A DNA stretch of 64,000 nucleotides from a virus. A model generated the notes under the pieces. It saw only the letters and a list, made by a program, of their open reading frames with translations. It was not told where the DNA came from and searched no databases. The position numbers and the translations under genes are program-made. How positions within the stretch are numbered: the stretch's first letter is position 1; every line of letters begins with the position of its first letter. Shown here in pieces: positions 37,061-46,839 of this stretch. Location of the stretch: positions 23,738 to 87,737 of the IMG/VR virus record IMGVR_UViG_3300031240_000002; one strand, given 5' to 3'.

Positions 37061-37478
37061 GGCTCAGGGTAACCCCCAACTCCTGCGCGAGTCGACCCCA
37101 GTCTGGGACCTCGCTGCGATCATCCACGAAGGCGTCGACCATGGGTTTACCCGGGGATGTCCAGGGCTGCATGAGGTGCCAGACGCCCTCCGCAATCAGG
37201 AAGGACCGAGCCTCCTCCCAGAGTGCCCAGCTCTTCTCGACGTCTGGGCTCGCGCGGCCGCTGCGCCAGAAGTCGTCGGCGTCCCACGGCTCGGCGTCGA
37301 CCAGCACGCAGGCGACCGCGCAGCGGCAGGAGAAGAGCCAGAGCTTCATCCCGGCGGCGGCTGCGGCCACCACGAACTCGCGTGCCTTCGGGCGCCAGCG
37401 CAGCGGGGTGACGTCCTTCTCGACGAGGGAGCCGTCCAGGTCCAGGGCGAGGGAGATGGTGCCGTCGGGCGCGGGCAT
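36999..37478 (-). CDS. HAD-superfamily hydrolase-like protein
   Basis: LALDLDGSL motif I, LFSCR motif II, KP..DAFVDDR motifs III/IV. Confidence 0.7.
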   Translation of the reverse strand: MPAPDGTISLALDLDGSLVEKDVTPLRWRPKAREFVVAAAAAGMKLWLFSCRCAVACVLVDAEPWDADDFWRSGRASPDVEKSWALWEEARSFLIAEGVWHLMQPWTSPGKPMVDAFVDDRSEVPDWGRLAQELGVTLSHAYPGTSRQYAQAGAVVAAR

Positions 37479-37768
37479 CAGCAGGGGATCCAGCGGCCGT
37501 CTTTGACGAAGCCGTGGTGGCCGCAGGCCCGGCAGAGCAACGACGGCGAGACCGTCAGCGGCTCCAGCTTATCGAGCGTCCATCCGCGCGCTCCGTCGTC
37601 GAGCGGGATGAACCCGAGCGCCTCTTTCCCGTCCTTGCACGAGTGCCAATAGTCGAAGCCGGACAGCTTCCCCGCCAGCGATGGGTCGATCCCGGGAGCG
37701 TCCTTCTCGGTCGGGTAGTAGCAGATCGAGATCGTGACGCCGTGGCCGATGTCGACGCGCTCGCTCAC
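37478..37768 (-). CDS. DUF6527-like small protein
   Basis: WTL...PLTVSPSLLCRACGHHGFVKDGRW; GTGA overlap with the portal stop. Confidence 0.6.
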   Translation of the reverse strand: MSERVDIGHGVTISICYYPTEKDAPGIDPSLAGKLSGFDYWHSCKDGKEALGFIPLDDGARGWTLDKLEPLTVSPSLLCRACGHHGFVKDGRWIPC

Positions 37769-39543
37769 GGCTGGCCGCCCTGGCCGGCGCCGGGGCTGTT
37801 CTGGCCGTCCCCGTCCTGCTCCGACTGCGTCCCCTCGACGACGGTGCGCTCCATTTTTACGCCGCCCTCGAACCCGGCCAGCGCTCGCTCCGCCTGCTCC
37901 TGGCTCTCGGCGTTGGCGCCGGCCACCTCTGCCTCCACGTCGGTCACGCCGAAGAGGGGAGCCACGCGGGTGGCGGCCGTCACCTGGGTGATGAGCCGCG
38001 AGGCGTTCGCCGCGGTGCTGTTCTGGATCATGTCCTTGATGTCGTTCTCGGTGGGGGGGAAGTAGGGCCCCCACTTGAGGCTCATGTACCCGCCGGCGCC
38101 GAGCTTCTGGGGTACGAGCTCGTCGGTGGCTTGGCCGTCTGCTGCGGGCGCGCGGCGCATCGGCATGTCCAGCTTGAACTTCCCGATCCGCGTCTGCCCG
38201 TCCTCGCCGTCCGGGAGCTGCACCGGGGCCTCGGCCTTCTTCCCGATGAGCACCACGATCTTCATCACCTCGACGATCGCGTCCCCATACTGGCCGCGGA
38301 GGTCGTCGCAGCGGGAGATCATCGGGGCATAGCGGAGCTCGATCGCCTTGGCGCTCTGGCTGTTGGCGATGTCCTGGTCGTCGGGGAAGACGGCGCCGGT
38401 GATCTCGTCGATCTGGCTCTCCAGCTTGTCGGAGACCTTGAGCGCCATCTCGATGCCAGACCCGGTCATCTCCATGTACCGGGCCGAGCCCTGGAGGCCG
38501 ACCTCCATCGCGAAGTCGGATCCCTTCACCATCGCCCCATTGCCGTCGACTACGTGGGGATCCGTCGAGGTGATGACGGTGGGATCGCAGTTGGCGAGGG
38601 TGGCGTAGTTCGCCTGAGAGATCAGGCGGTCGTTCGTGTCGATCGTCTCGAAGGCCCCCTCGCAGTCGGCGCCGCCGCCGTCCTCGTCCTCCTCATCGGC
38701 GATGTTCTGGATCCAGGTGCCGGGGAAGACGCCGAGCCCGTGGTGCAGGGAGAGCTGGGGATCGATCGTCCATGCGTTCGCCGGGTCCGCCTTGGCGGCG
38801 TCGACCGTGATCTCGGTGTACCGGATGTCGTCGTTCTCCGTGATGATCCGACGGACCAGGTACTCGACCTGGCGGATGCTCCCGTCGGGCTTGCCGTCGT
38901 CGTCAGCGCCGGGCTCCGTGCGGAGCGTCCGATACATGAGCAGCACGCCGCGGAGGCTCCAGTTGCGCTTGTCCTTCCAGATCTTCACCGCGACGTACTT
39001 GGCGTTGTGGACCTCGAAGACCCAGCGGCTCTCGACGACGTGGACGGTCATCATGACCGAGCCCATGCCGCCGCCCTTGTTGCGGGCGATCCGCATCGAT
39101 CGCCAGAAGCGGCCCGCCTCCCTGACCGCGTCCAGGTAGTCCTCGGTGTCCGCGTCCTGCTCGACCTTCACCTTGGGGATTCGCTGGGAGCTGAAGAGCA
39201 TGTCAGTGAAGCGCTGGGTGGTGGTCTTCGCCTTCCGGGTGGGGGCGGTCGGGCGCTTCTCGCGCGCGGTCTTCTTCGGCGACTCGCCGCCGCTCGGCTG
39301 GGTGCCGGCGGGGAAGAGAACCTCGGGCGAGATCGTTTCCAGCGCGTCGGCGCGGTCCCCCCACCAGTCGGTCTTCTGGTGGTCGTACTCGAGTGCGCGG
39401 GCGAAGGCTTCCTTCCGGTCGAGCCTCGCGTAACGCTCGGTGACGTCGAAGACCGCCCGCTGCTGGAGGAGCTGCACCACCTGCTGGTCGGTGGGGACGA
39501 ACGCTGTCGGCGCTGGGGCGCCCTTGATCGTCGTTGCGGCCAC
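37765..39543 (-). CDS. Portal protein (SPP1 gp6-like)
   Basis: 592 aa; SAKAIELRYAPM and W.PYFP motifs; upstream of MuF. Confidence 0.85.
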   Translation of the reverse strand: MAATTIKGAPAPTAFVPTDQQVVQLLQQRAVFDVTERYARLDRKEAFARALEYDHQKTDWWGDRADALETISPEVLFPAGTQPSGGESPKKTAREKRPTAPTRKAKTTTQRFTDMLFSSQRIPKVKVEQDADTEDYLDAVREAGRFWRSMRIARNKGGGMGSVMMTVHVVESRWVFEVHNAKYVAVKIWKDKRNWSLRGVLLMYRTLRTEPGADDDGKPDGSIRQVEYLVRRIITENDDIRYTEITVDAAKADPANAWTIDPQLSLHHGLGVFPGTWIQNIADEEDEDGGGADCEGAFETIDTNDRLISQANYATLANCDPTVITSTDPHVVDGNGAMVKGSDFAMEVGLQGSARYMEMTGSGIEMALKVSDKLESQIDEITGAVFPDDQDIANSQSAKAIELRYAPMISRCDDLRGQYGDAIVEVMKIVVLIGKKAEAPVQLPDGEDGQTRIGKFKLDMPMRRAPAADGQATDELVPQKLGAGGYMSLKWGPYFPPTENDIKDMIQNSTAANASRLITQVTAATRVAPLFGVTDVEAEVAGANAESQEQAERALAGFEGGVKMERTVVEGTQSEQDGDGQNSPGAGQGGQP

Positions 39544-39709
39544 GGGTCAGCCTACTCCGGGCGACCGAGATACATCAACGTGGTCCGCCACCACCAGCGA
39601 AGGAAGCGGCGGAGCGGGCCGCGGCGAGGCGGGGCGGGCGGTGGAGGCTGCAGGGCGACGAGCGACCTGGTCTCGTCCTCGAGCGCGCGCGTGGAGAAGG
39701 GCAGCCAGA

Positions 39710-40192
39710 CTACCTGCGCTGGCGCGCGCGGACGAGGTCCTGCTTGGTGACCTTCCCCTTCGTGGCCTGCCGCTTCAGCTTCTCCTCCCGGATGTACCGG
39801 TCGAACGCCTCCGGCCCCCCCGGCCACCCCGTCGTCAGGTCGCTCGGGGTGTAGGCCAGCTTCAGCTTGTCGTTCCTCCATTCGCCCTCCGTCTTGAGCG
39901 GGCCCGGCAGGAGCGCCAGCCGCTCGACCGGCCACCAGACAAACCCGTGGTAGCTGAGCGCTTGGCGGAAGCTCTCGTCCGTCTTGCCGTCGCTGTGTTC
40001 GGCCAGGAACTCCCGGCGCTGCTGCTCGTCGATCCCGGGCCGCTGGTCCTGAACGCCGTAGTCGAGCTTGGTGACGACTCGGTCCATGGTCGCCTCGTAG
40101 GCGCCGGTCGCGGCCTTCTCGATGAAGCCCACGGTCAGCGTCCCTGGCGCGCGCGCATCCGCTGGCCGTTGCGGAGGCACCCGAGAGCCCAT
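39710..40192 (-). CDS. Hypothetical protein
   Basis: 160 aa, good codon usage. Confidence 0.5.
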   Translation of the reverse strand: MGSRVPPQRPADARAPGTLTVGFIEKAATGAYEATMDRVVTKLDYGVQDQRPGIDEQQRREFLAEHSDGKTDESFRQALSYHGFVWWPVERLALLPGPLKTEGEWRNDKLKLAYTPSDLTTGWPGGPEAFDRYIREEKLKRQATKGKVTKQDLVRARQRR

Positions 40193-40215
40193 CCAAAGTC
40201 GGCGGGGTGCATGGG

Positions 40216-40527
40216 TCAGACCTTCGACCTGTCGCCGCCGCCGTGCCGCTCCTCGTGCTCACGCCGGCGGGCGTCGACTTCCGCCTCGGTCGTGTACCCG
40301 GGCGGGACCAACTTGTGGACGATGAAGCCGCCGCTGAGCGCGGCCAGGACCTCGGGGCTCTTCTCCGCCTCCGAGACGCTGTCGGCCCTTACCTGCACCC
40401 GCTTGAAGTCCTCGGGCTTCGCCGTGACCGTGTTGACGTTCTTCTTCAAGATCACCACGTCGAAGCTCTGGGTCCGTGGATACCAGAGGTCGTCTTCCGC
40501 GCCGGGCGACTCGTCGGGCTTGGGCAT
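40216..40527 (-). CDS. Hypothetical protein
   Basis: 103 aa, good codon usage. Confidence 0.55.
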   Translation of the reverse strand: MPKPDESPGAEDDLWYPRTQSFDVVILKKNVNTVTAKPEDFKRVQVRADSVSEAEKSPEVLAALSGGFIVHKLVPPGYTTEAEVDARRREHEERHGGGDRSKV

Positions 40528-40574
40528 GGCGAACAGCCTGCCACCGCGATGGGGGCGGGGTCCACCGGAAACGG

Positions 40575-40955
40575 TCAGCGGGGGTTGTAGCCGGGCTTGT
40601 TCAGGACAGCGGGGCGATCGAGATTCCCTCGCGGACGGAGGGGACGATCCTCGGAGACGACCCGCTCTTTAATCTTCGTGAGGTTCGTGACGTGCGGCGC
40701 TTCGGCATGCGCCCCTGCTCTCTCAAGCATGGTCGGCTCGCGCGGGAGAGTCCGCCCGTATCCGGTCGCCGCGCCCTTCTCTAGCTTCTGGACCTGGGCG
40801 GTATGGAACGGCGCGTGCGCTGTCGTCTGCCTCACCCCCGGGTGTGGGTCCATCCCCATCGCCGCCTTCGCCGTCGCCTCCTTGGCATAGATCGGACGCC
40901 CCGAGCTCGTGTGCCCGACGACCTTGCCGCCGCGCGATCCTTCTCCTGCACCCAT
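40575..40955 (-). CDS. Hypothetical protein with GSRGGKVVGHTSSGRPIY motif
   Basis: TAGGCT-N7-ATG; I recall this motif from phage head-associated proteins. Confidence 0.55.
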   Translation of the reverse strand: MGAGEGSRGGKVVGHTSSGRPIYAKEATAKAAMGMDPHPGVRQTTAHAPFHTAQVQKLEKGAATGYGRTLPREPTMLERAGAHAEAPHVTNLTKIKERVVSEDRPLRPRGNLDRPAVLNKPGYNPR

Positions 40956-40993
40956 GGACGAAAGCCTACCTCCCGGGGCGGGGGTGGGTCCAG

Positions 40994-42562
40994 TCAGCCT
41001 GCCAGCTTCTTCGCGCGGCCTCCTGAAAAATCCTGCCAGCGCTGAACAATTACGTCGCAATAGGCCGGGGTGATCTCGACCCCGAACGCGCGCCGCTCCC
41101 ACTGCTCGGCCGCCACGAACTCTGGGCCCGTGCCGGCGAAGGGGACGCCGACCGCAGCGCCCGGCGGGGCGCTCGTCTTGATGGCGCGCGCGACCAGCGC
41201 GACCGGCTTGGGCGTGGCGTGATCGAAGCGCTCCTCTCCGACCACGCGAGGGAAGCTCCACACGTCCGTCATCGCGTCGTGGGTGTTGTCGAAGTAGCTG
41301 CGGGTCTCGCGGAGGGCGGCGGTCAGCTCGCGCCGGTGCTTGAACGACTTCGAGAATCGCTTCGAGATCGCGCCGTAGCTCTCGACGAAGGAGGGGATGC
41401 CGGACGGCTTCGTCGCCTTCTGCAATGCCTCGTAGTGTCCTTCGCTGATCGGCATGAACTGGGAGCGCGTGAACCAGTGGCTCGCCATCTTCGTCTTCGT
41501 CAGCCGGTTGATCGCCGGGTTGTCCCAGCCGGCCTTGTCGCGCTCCGCCTCCATCCACGCGCGCAGCGGCTCGTAGCCGGCGGAGTAGTCGTCCTGGTTT
41601 TGGTTGCCGAGGAACTGCTGGCCGCCGAGCATGAAGAGGAGACAGCGCTCCGACGCCGGCGGGTACGAATGGGCCGAGGCGGTCCGTTCTCCGTGGCCGT
41701 GGCCCTTCTCCCAGACGATCTCGTTCCGCATGACGAGCCCACCAGCAGCTTCGAGGTGCCGCCACCACCACCGCCAGAGGTCCGGGGCGTTCCCCCAGAC
41801 GTAGGAGCTGCCGACCTCCGAGAGGTGCTTGCGCCAGGCCGCCCACCACTCGTTCTGAAAGGCGTCGAGCTTCGCCTCGTAGAGGTTGTCGTTCTCGATT
41901 CCCTCGGCCTCCTTCCCCATTCCGTAGGGTGGATCGGCGTGGATCATGACGAGCGTCTGCTGCCAGAGCTGCCCCGGCTTGGTGACCGACCGCTTCGGGA
42001 GATCGGGGACCGCCTCTGCGTCTCCCCGCCCGCGCGGCTCGGTGTTCTTCAGCCGCGCCAGGAAGGTCACCAGGTCCGAGGACGCGAACCCCGTCGCCCG
42101 CAGGTTCTCCTTCCCGATCCGCGACAGCGCCTCGACCAGTTTCTTGTTGTCCCAGCCGCCCTTCTCGACCGCTCGGTTGTCGCCGACGAGGTACTTCAGC
42201 AGGGCCTCGTCGCTGGCGAAGCTGACGCCCAGGATCACCGGAACCATCCAGGCCCCGTCGAGATCCTCGACACCTTCTGGCACCGGCGCGCCCGCCGCCT
42301 TCATCGCCGCCAGCTGGTCGAGCCGGCCGTGGCCGAACGCGAGGAGCCCGGACCGCTCATCGAGGAGCGGCGGCGAGACGAAGCCGTTGTCGGCGATCAT
42401 CTCCTCGATCAGCGCCTGGTCGTGGAGCTTGCTGTTGTCGGGGTGCTTCCGCTTCAGCAGCTCGTCGAGGTCCATGTATTGGATCCTCTGGCGGCGCGGC
42501 CCATCGACCACCGGAAGCGGCGCCAGCGCTGGCCCCGCCGCCTTCTTCTTCCGCGCGCTCAC
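40994..42562 (-). CDS. ParB-like N-terminal domain fused to an N4/N6 (beta-class) DNA methyltransferase
   Basis: NGFVSPPLLD..GHGR..DNR (ParB-N); DPPY; HATPKPV; VPFAGTG. Confidence 0.85.
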   Translation of the reverse strand: MSARKKKAAGPALAPLPVVDGPRRQRIQYMDLDELLKRKHPDNSKLHDQALIEEMIADNGFVSPPLLDERSGLLAFGHGRLDQLAAMKAAGAPVPEGVEDLDGAWMVPVILGVSFASDEALLKYLVGDNRAVEKGGWDNKKLVEALSRIGKENLRATGFASSDLVTFLARLKNTEPRGRGDAEAVPDLPKRSVTKPGQLWQQTLVMIHADPPYGMGKEAEGIENDNLYEAKLDAFQNEWWAAWRKHLSEVGSSYVWGNAPDLWRWWWRHLEAAGGLVMRNEIVWEKGHGHGERTASAHSYPPASERCLLFMLGGQQFLGNQNQDDYSAGYEPLRAWMEAERDKAGWDNPAINRLTKTKMASHWFTRSQFMPISEGHYEALQKATKPSGIPSFVESYGAISKRFSKSFKHRRELTAALRETRSYFDNTHDAMTDVWSFPRVVGEERFDHATPKPVALVARAIKTSAPPGAAVGVPFAGTGPEFVAAEQWERRAFGVEITPAYCDVIVQRWQDFSGGRAKKLAG

Positions 42563-42837
42563 TTCGCCACGATCTGGTAGGCGCGAAGGTCCGGCGCCTC
42601 GTCCGGCATGATGATCAGCGTGCACGGGTGGGGGTGCACCAGGTTCCCCAGCGCCTGCGCCTCCCGCATCCGAAGGTCCGGCGTCTTCGCCTCGTACGCC
42701 GATCTCGTCATGGTGAACACGTAGCCCCTCCGCGCTCCCCCGAGCCGCAGCTTGATCGCCACGTTGGCCAGCTGCTTCAGGGGACCGACGTCGGCCCGTT
42801 CGATCTCGATCACGTCGACGGCGCGCGGCTTGGGCAT
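42559..42837 (-). CDS. Hypothetical protein
   Basis: TAGCAT-N8-ATG; overlaps the next start. Confidence 0.55.
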   Translation of the reverse strand: MPKPRAVDVIEIERADVGPLKQLANVAIKLRLGGARRGYVFTMTRSAYEAKTPDLRMREAQALGNLVHPHPCTLIIMPDEAPDLRAYQIVAK

Positions 42838-42862
42838 GGCCCCGGATGCTACCCGAGGTCGG

Positions 42863-43615
42863 TCACCGCCTGCTGAAGTTCCGACCCTTGAACGGCGTCG
42901 ACCGCTTGGGCGCCCACTTCGAGGCGGCATCGCGGCAGATCCAGGCGGCCATGACGACGTCGGTGCTGGTCCCCTTCGGGTAGTTCACGAACTCGTCGCG
43001 GAACCTGCACCAATCGCAGGCGCACGCCGGCGGGTGCCCCTCGAACTCCCCGCCCGGGATGATCCACCCCTCGTTGAAGAACTCGACCTCCAGCGCCGGC
43101 AGACCCACGTCGGGGTCCGTCTTGTTCGAGCCGGTGGTGAACGACTCGATCTTCATCCAGAAGTCGTACTTGCTCTCCTTCACCCAATCGATCAGCGCCT
43201 GCTGGTACCCGTTGTTCTCGACCTGGATGAAGCGGACGTCGTGGTTCTGCACCACCTCGGCCAGGTTGCGGGCCGTGTCGGGGGACGTCCAATGGCCGCA
43301 GCGGATCTCGACCGGGCAGCGGCGAAGGTTGGCGTCGAGCCCCAGCGCGAAGATCGCGTTGCCCTTCCGCTTCTTCCCCGCGAGGTCCACCCCCACGTAC
43401 ACCGGCATGCGGCGCGCGGCGAGCTCGGCGGCCATCAACCCGGTCTGGACGCACTTCTCGAAGCTGGGGAACTTCCGCTCGCCGGGGGTGACGGCCTCAA
43501 GCCGGTACCCGTGGCTGAAGGTGAAGGGATCGCTCTGGACCTCGCGCAGCTTTTCCAAGCTGTGCTTGACCGGCCAGATGGGGATCGCCGGGAGCGGGAT
43601 GCCGAAGTTCGCCAC
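42863..43615 (-). CDS. terL: Large terminase, C-terminal nuclease half
   Basis: IWP..SLEKL.....PFTFSHGY lid/linker; RNase H-fold acidic residues in VGVDLA, IQVENNGYQ and YPKGTSTDVVMA. Confidence 0.85.
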   Translation of the reverse strand: MANFGIPLPAIPIWPVKHSLEKLREVQSDPFTFSHGYRLEAVTPGERKFPSFEKCVQTGLMAAELAARRMPVYVGVDLAGKKRKGNAIFALGLDANLRRCPVEIRCGHWTSPDTARNLAEVVQNHDVRFIQVENNGYQQALIDWVKESKYDFWMKIESFTTGSNKTDPDVGLPALEVEFFNEGWIIPGGEFEGHPPACACDWCRFRDEFVNYPKGTSTDVVMAAWICRDAASKWAPKRSTPFKGRNFSRR

Positions 43616-43618
43616 CGA

Positions 43619-45079
43619 TTAGACCAGCGGCTCCTGGTCTTCGACGGTCGGGTCTTCCGTGCGAAGGGGCAGGACCAGACTCACCGTCGGAACGAGCGCT
43701 GGCGTGGAGAGCGGCGGGACCGGGAGCGTGAGCCCGAAGCCCGGCGCCGCCTGCAGCACGCGGAGGTCGACGAGGCCCCAGTTCACGTTCCGCGCCCAGC
43801 TCGCGACATAGACGTCCTTGCGGATCCCCACGTCGCCAGCGAAGGCGTGGTCGAAGCAGTCGAGCGCCACCAGGACCTGGCAGCCAGCCGGGACGCCGTT
43901 CGCGTGGCCGTCGACCAGGACGTTGCGCACGCGCCCCGCCCGAGCGTCCCAGACCGCCAGCGCCCAGCCAGTCGACGCGCGCGCGACGGCGCGGAAGTCC
44001 GCCCACCAGCCGTCGAAGCCGCCGGGCCCGACTGCGGCGGTGAAGGCGGGCCCAGGGCCAGCGACGCCGGCGCCGCGCGCGAGCCCGCCGAAGAACAGCT
44101 CGTGCAGGACCACCGCGTCGTAAACGGTTGGCGCCCGCCGCAGGAGCGCCTCGGCTGGGTCGGGGCCAGCCTTCACCCCGAGGTACTCGCCGACCGTGTA
44201 GTCGAGCGTCGTGTACGGCACGCGGCGCCCGACCATGGTGTTGACCGGCGGCCCATAGGCCCGTCCCCAGCTCGAGAGGAGCGTCTCCACCGTCTCGAGC
44301 TTCGCCAGCGCGCCGGGCCATTCGGCGTACTCCTCGCGCCAGCGGGAGCCGGGATCGAGCCAGGTCGCGAAGGTCTCGGCCCAGTCCTCGTCCGCGTGCT
44401 TCTGGGCGTAGTGGGCGTTGGCCGCCGAGACCATCCCGTGGAGGTGGCGCACGTAGTCGGTGCTGGTGGGGTCGGGGGTGTACTCGTCGAGGTAGGGGGC
44501 GAAGAAGTCGCCGAAGGTCCGCTTCCAGTAGCCGTCCCGCCAGATCTCGAAGGCGTAGCCGAGCGCGTGACCGACCTCGTGCCGCAGGATCGAGACCACC
44601 TCCTCCCGCGTGTAGCGCTGGTCCTGCTCGTTCACGAGCTCCCAGATCCGATCGCTCGCCAAGTACCAGGGGAGGTTGATCGAGGTCGCCTGGTCGGTCG
44701 TCCAGAAGTCGGGCTCGCCGATGTACCAGAGCGGCCGCCACACGATCCCGCGCGCGGTCAGCTCCCCCTCGACCTGGGCGACCGCCTCCCCGAGCTGGCC
44801 GTCGTTCACGGTGAGCGCCAGATCGCGCACGGGGGAGGCCAGGAGGGCGGCGAGCTCGCCCGATGGGATGGACGGCGGGAAGCGCGTCGGCTGCGCGCGG
44901 GCCGCGTCGAGGGCGGCGAGCTCGGCCACGTAGCCCTGGTAGAGGGTCAGGTGGTCCTGCAACGTTTTGTCGCTCACCCCAACGAGTCCTTGCGCCAGGT
45001 TAGGAAAGCTGAGAGCACCGACAGCGATCGGCTCGATCCTCTTTTTCTTCCCGGTCGTCCATGAACCCGTCCGCGTCAT
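43619..45079 (-). CDS. Fe/Mn superoxide dismutase-like protein with an inserted zinc metallopeptidase (Peptidase_Mx-like)
   Basis: SOD: SDKTLQDHLTLYQGYV, LHELFF, GWA, ALDCFDHAF, NVNW. Peptidase: LRHEVGHA, YAQKHADEDWAETF. Confidence 0.8.
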   Translation of the reverse strand: MTRTGSWTTGKKKRIEPIAVGALSFPNLAQGLVGVSDKTLQDHLTLYQGYVAELAALDAARAQPTRFPPSIPSGELAALLASPVRDLALTVNDGQLGEAVAQVEGELTARGIVWRPLWYIGEPDFWTTDQATSINLPWYLASDRIWELVNEQDQRYTREEVVSILRHEVGHALGYAFEIWRDGYWKRTFGDFFAPYLDEYTPDPTSTDYVRHLHGMVSAANAHYAQKHADEDWAETFATWLDPGSRWREEYAEWPGALAKLETVETLLSSWGRAYGPPVNTMVGRRVPYTTLDYTVGEYLGVKAGPDPAEALLRRAPTVYDAVVLHELFFGGLARGAGVAGPGPAFTAAVGPGGFDGWWADFRAVARASTGWALAVWDARAGRVRNVLVDGHANGVPAGCQVLVALDCFDHAFAGDVGIRKDVYVASWARNVNWGLVDLRVLQAAPGFGLTLPVPPLSTPALVPTVSLVLPLRTEDPTVEDQEPLV

Positions 45080-45777
45080 TCGGTCCTCGCGAAGTCTCCG
45101 TGTAGTTCCTTGGCAGCGACGGCATATGCGCTGGCGGCAACGCCCTTGCTCTCGAACCTCCCGAGTGTGTGGTACTTGCCCGAGGCCACGATCTGGGCGA
45201 CCCATTTGCGGCGCGCGGTGTCCCAGTGAACGCCCTTGACCCCGCTCGTGTTGTCGCTGCGCTTGCGGCAGTTCTGCGCGTTCTGCTCGTCTGAGGCCGG
45301 CCTCAGGTTCAGCCGGCGGCAATTGAGTCCGTCACCGTCGTGATGGTCGAACTCGATCCCGTCGATCGCATATCCCGCGCGTTCCGCGATCACGCGATGA
45401 AGAAGGAAACACGTCTTCTTGCTCGCTCCGCGTGGGCCGCGTTCGATGCTCCGGATCGCGTACCAGGTCTTCTTCCCTCGATGCGCCGCCCAGTTGAACA
45501 GCTGCAGATCGGCGTCGACCAGATCGACCGTCGCGAATAACCCGCGCGTCAATGCGATGCGCACGACATCGCCATCAACGACGGCCTGGCGCTTGACTCC
45601 AGTTTTCAGGCAGCCGCACGACTTCGTATGTCCATTGGTGAGATCGCAGCCACGCCGCACGGTCTCGCGACCGCAGTCGCAGCGACAACGCCATCGACCG
45701 GCGACGCCAGTCCTGGTGAGCACCAGCAACCGGCCAACGCGCTGTCCGGTTCTGTCGATGAATTCCCGTGCGGCCAT
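45076..45777 (-). CDS. HNH-AP2 homing endonuclease
   Basis: WRCRCDCG; LHRVI..DHHDGDGLNCRRLNLR; NTSGVKGVHW..KWVAQI..LGRF..AY AP2 domain. Confidence 0.9.
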   Translation of the reverse strand: MAAREFIDRTGQRVGRLLVLTRTGVAGRWRCRCDCGRETVRRGCDLTNGHTKSCGCLKTGVKRQAVVDGDVVRIALTRGLFATVDLVDADLQLFNWAAHRGKKTWYAIRSIERGPRGASKKTCFLLHRVIAERAGYAIDGIEFDHHDGDGLNCRRLNLRPASDEQNAQNCRKRSDNTSGVKGVHWDTARRKWVAQIVASGKYHTLGRFESKGVAASAYAVAAKELHGDFARTE

Positions 45778-45896
45778 TGCAGGCCCCAGCATAACGCAGG
45801 CGCGGCGCGCGCCCGTTTGTTTCATGACCATCACCCGGCGGCGGCGGATCTCCCGCCGCACCATCCCGGGCGCGCGCCGCCTCCCGCCGCTACAAC

Positions 45897-46124
45897 CTAC
45901 CGTCGCTTGAACAGACGGTCGACGTCCAGCCGCTTCGCCAGTCGCCGGCAGGCGATGCAGTCGACGGCCTTCGTCTCTATCGTCACCGGGTCAGCCGGGG
46001 ACCAGGGGACGCCGCAGGCGGGCTGCATCTGCCGGCCGTCGGAGAGGTGGAGGATGCGGGGGCGGGCGTTGGGGGCGACCGGGGGCGGCGCGGGGCGGAA
46101 GAGGTGGCGCAGCCAGCGGATCAC
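45897..46124 (-). CDS. Small hypothetical protein
   Basis: GTGA overlap; H..ACG...VDCIAC. Confidence 0.45.
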   Translation of the reverse strand: MIRWLRHLFRPAPPPVAPNARPRILHLSDGRQMQPACGVPWSPADPVTIETKAVDCIACRRLAKRLDVDRLFKRR

Positions 46125-46300
46125 CGGTACACACCGTTGCCGTGGCACCGACACGAACATGCCGCGCCAGGCGCTCCGCCGACCTTCAGGTTGCTGCATC
46201 CGACTGGATCCAGCGCGTCACACCAGCATCGCTCCCGCGCGCGCCGCTCGTTCCACTGCTTGCGGATGAGGGCGGCGATCACGGCTGCCGCGACCTCCAT
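46121..46300 (-). CDS. Small Cys-rich protein
   Basis: TGATG overlap; ends CSCRCH. Confidence 0.45.
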   Translation of the reverse strand: MEVAAAVIAALIRKQWNERRARERCWCDALDPVGCSNLKVGGAPGAACSCRCHGNGVYR

Positions 46301-46839
46301 CAGAGGCCGTCCCCGATCGTGGTCCACCCCTCCCGGGGGCGGCGGGCGAAGAGTTCCACGAAGGGGCCGCGCGAGAGGCGCTCGCAGATCTCGCGGTAGA
46401 AAAATTCAGGCTTGGCCGAGTGGATCGGCCGGCCACGTTCATCCATCGGAAGCGACGCGGAGAACCGGCTGCGCACCGACTTGCTCGCCGGCTTCGGCTT
46501 CCCGCGCACGAACAGGATCGCGGTCTCGTGAGCAGCTCGAACGTGCCGTCCCATGCCGAAATGAGGGAGCCCGTTCTTCGTGGTCTTCTCCCAGACCACC
46601 TCGCTCTTGGGGGTGAAGCCCCAGGCGCGCCCGACCCGGTAGCCCTCCTCCACCATCGCCGCCACCCGCCAGAGGAGGAGGTAGCAATCGTCGGCGAGCG
46701 GCGGGAGCTGGACCGCGCAGATCTCCTCGATGGTCATCGTCTTGTAGTTCTTGCCGGCGCCGCGGGACTTGCCGGGGAGCGCGTCGCCGAAGCGCCACGG
46801 CGGGTCGCTCGTGATCAATCGGAACGGCTCAGTCGCCAC
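46300..46839 (-). CDS. MT-A70 family N6-adenine methyltransferase
   Basis: SDPPW, YKTM, LLLW, WGF, WEK, HSAKP, VELFAR..GW. Confidence 0.92.
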   Translation of the reverse strand: MATEPFRLITSDPPWRFGDALPGKSRGAGKNYKTMTIEEICAVQLPPLADDCYLLLWRVAAMVEEGYRVGRAWGFTPKSEVVWEKTTKNGLPHFGMGRHVRAAHETAILFVRGKPKPASKSVRSRFSASLPMDERGRPIHSAKPEFFYREICERLSRGPFVELFARRPREGWTTIGDGL

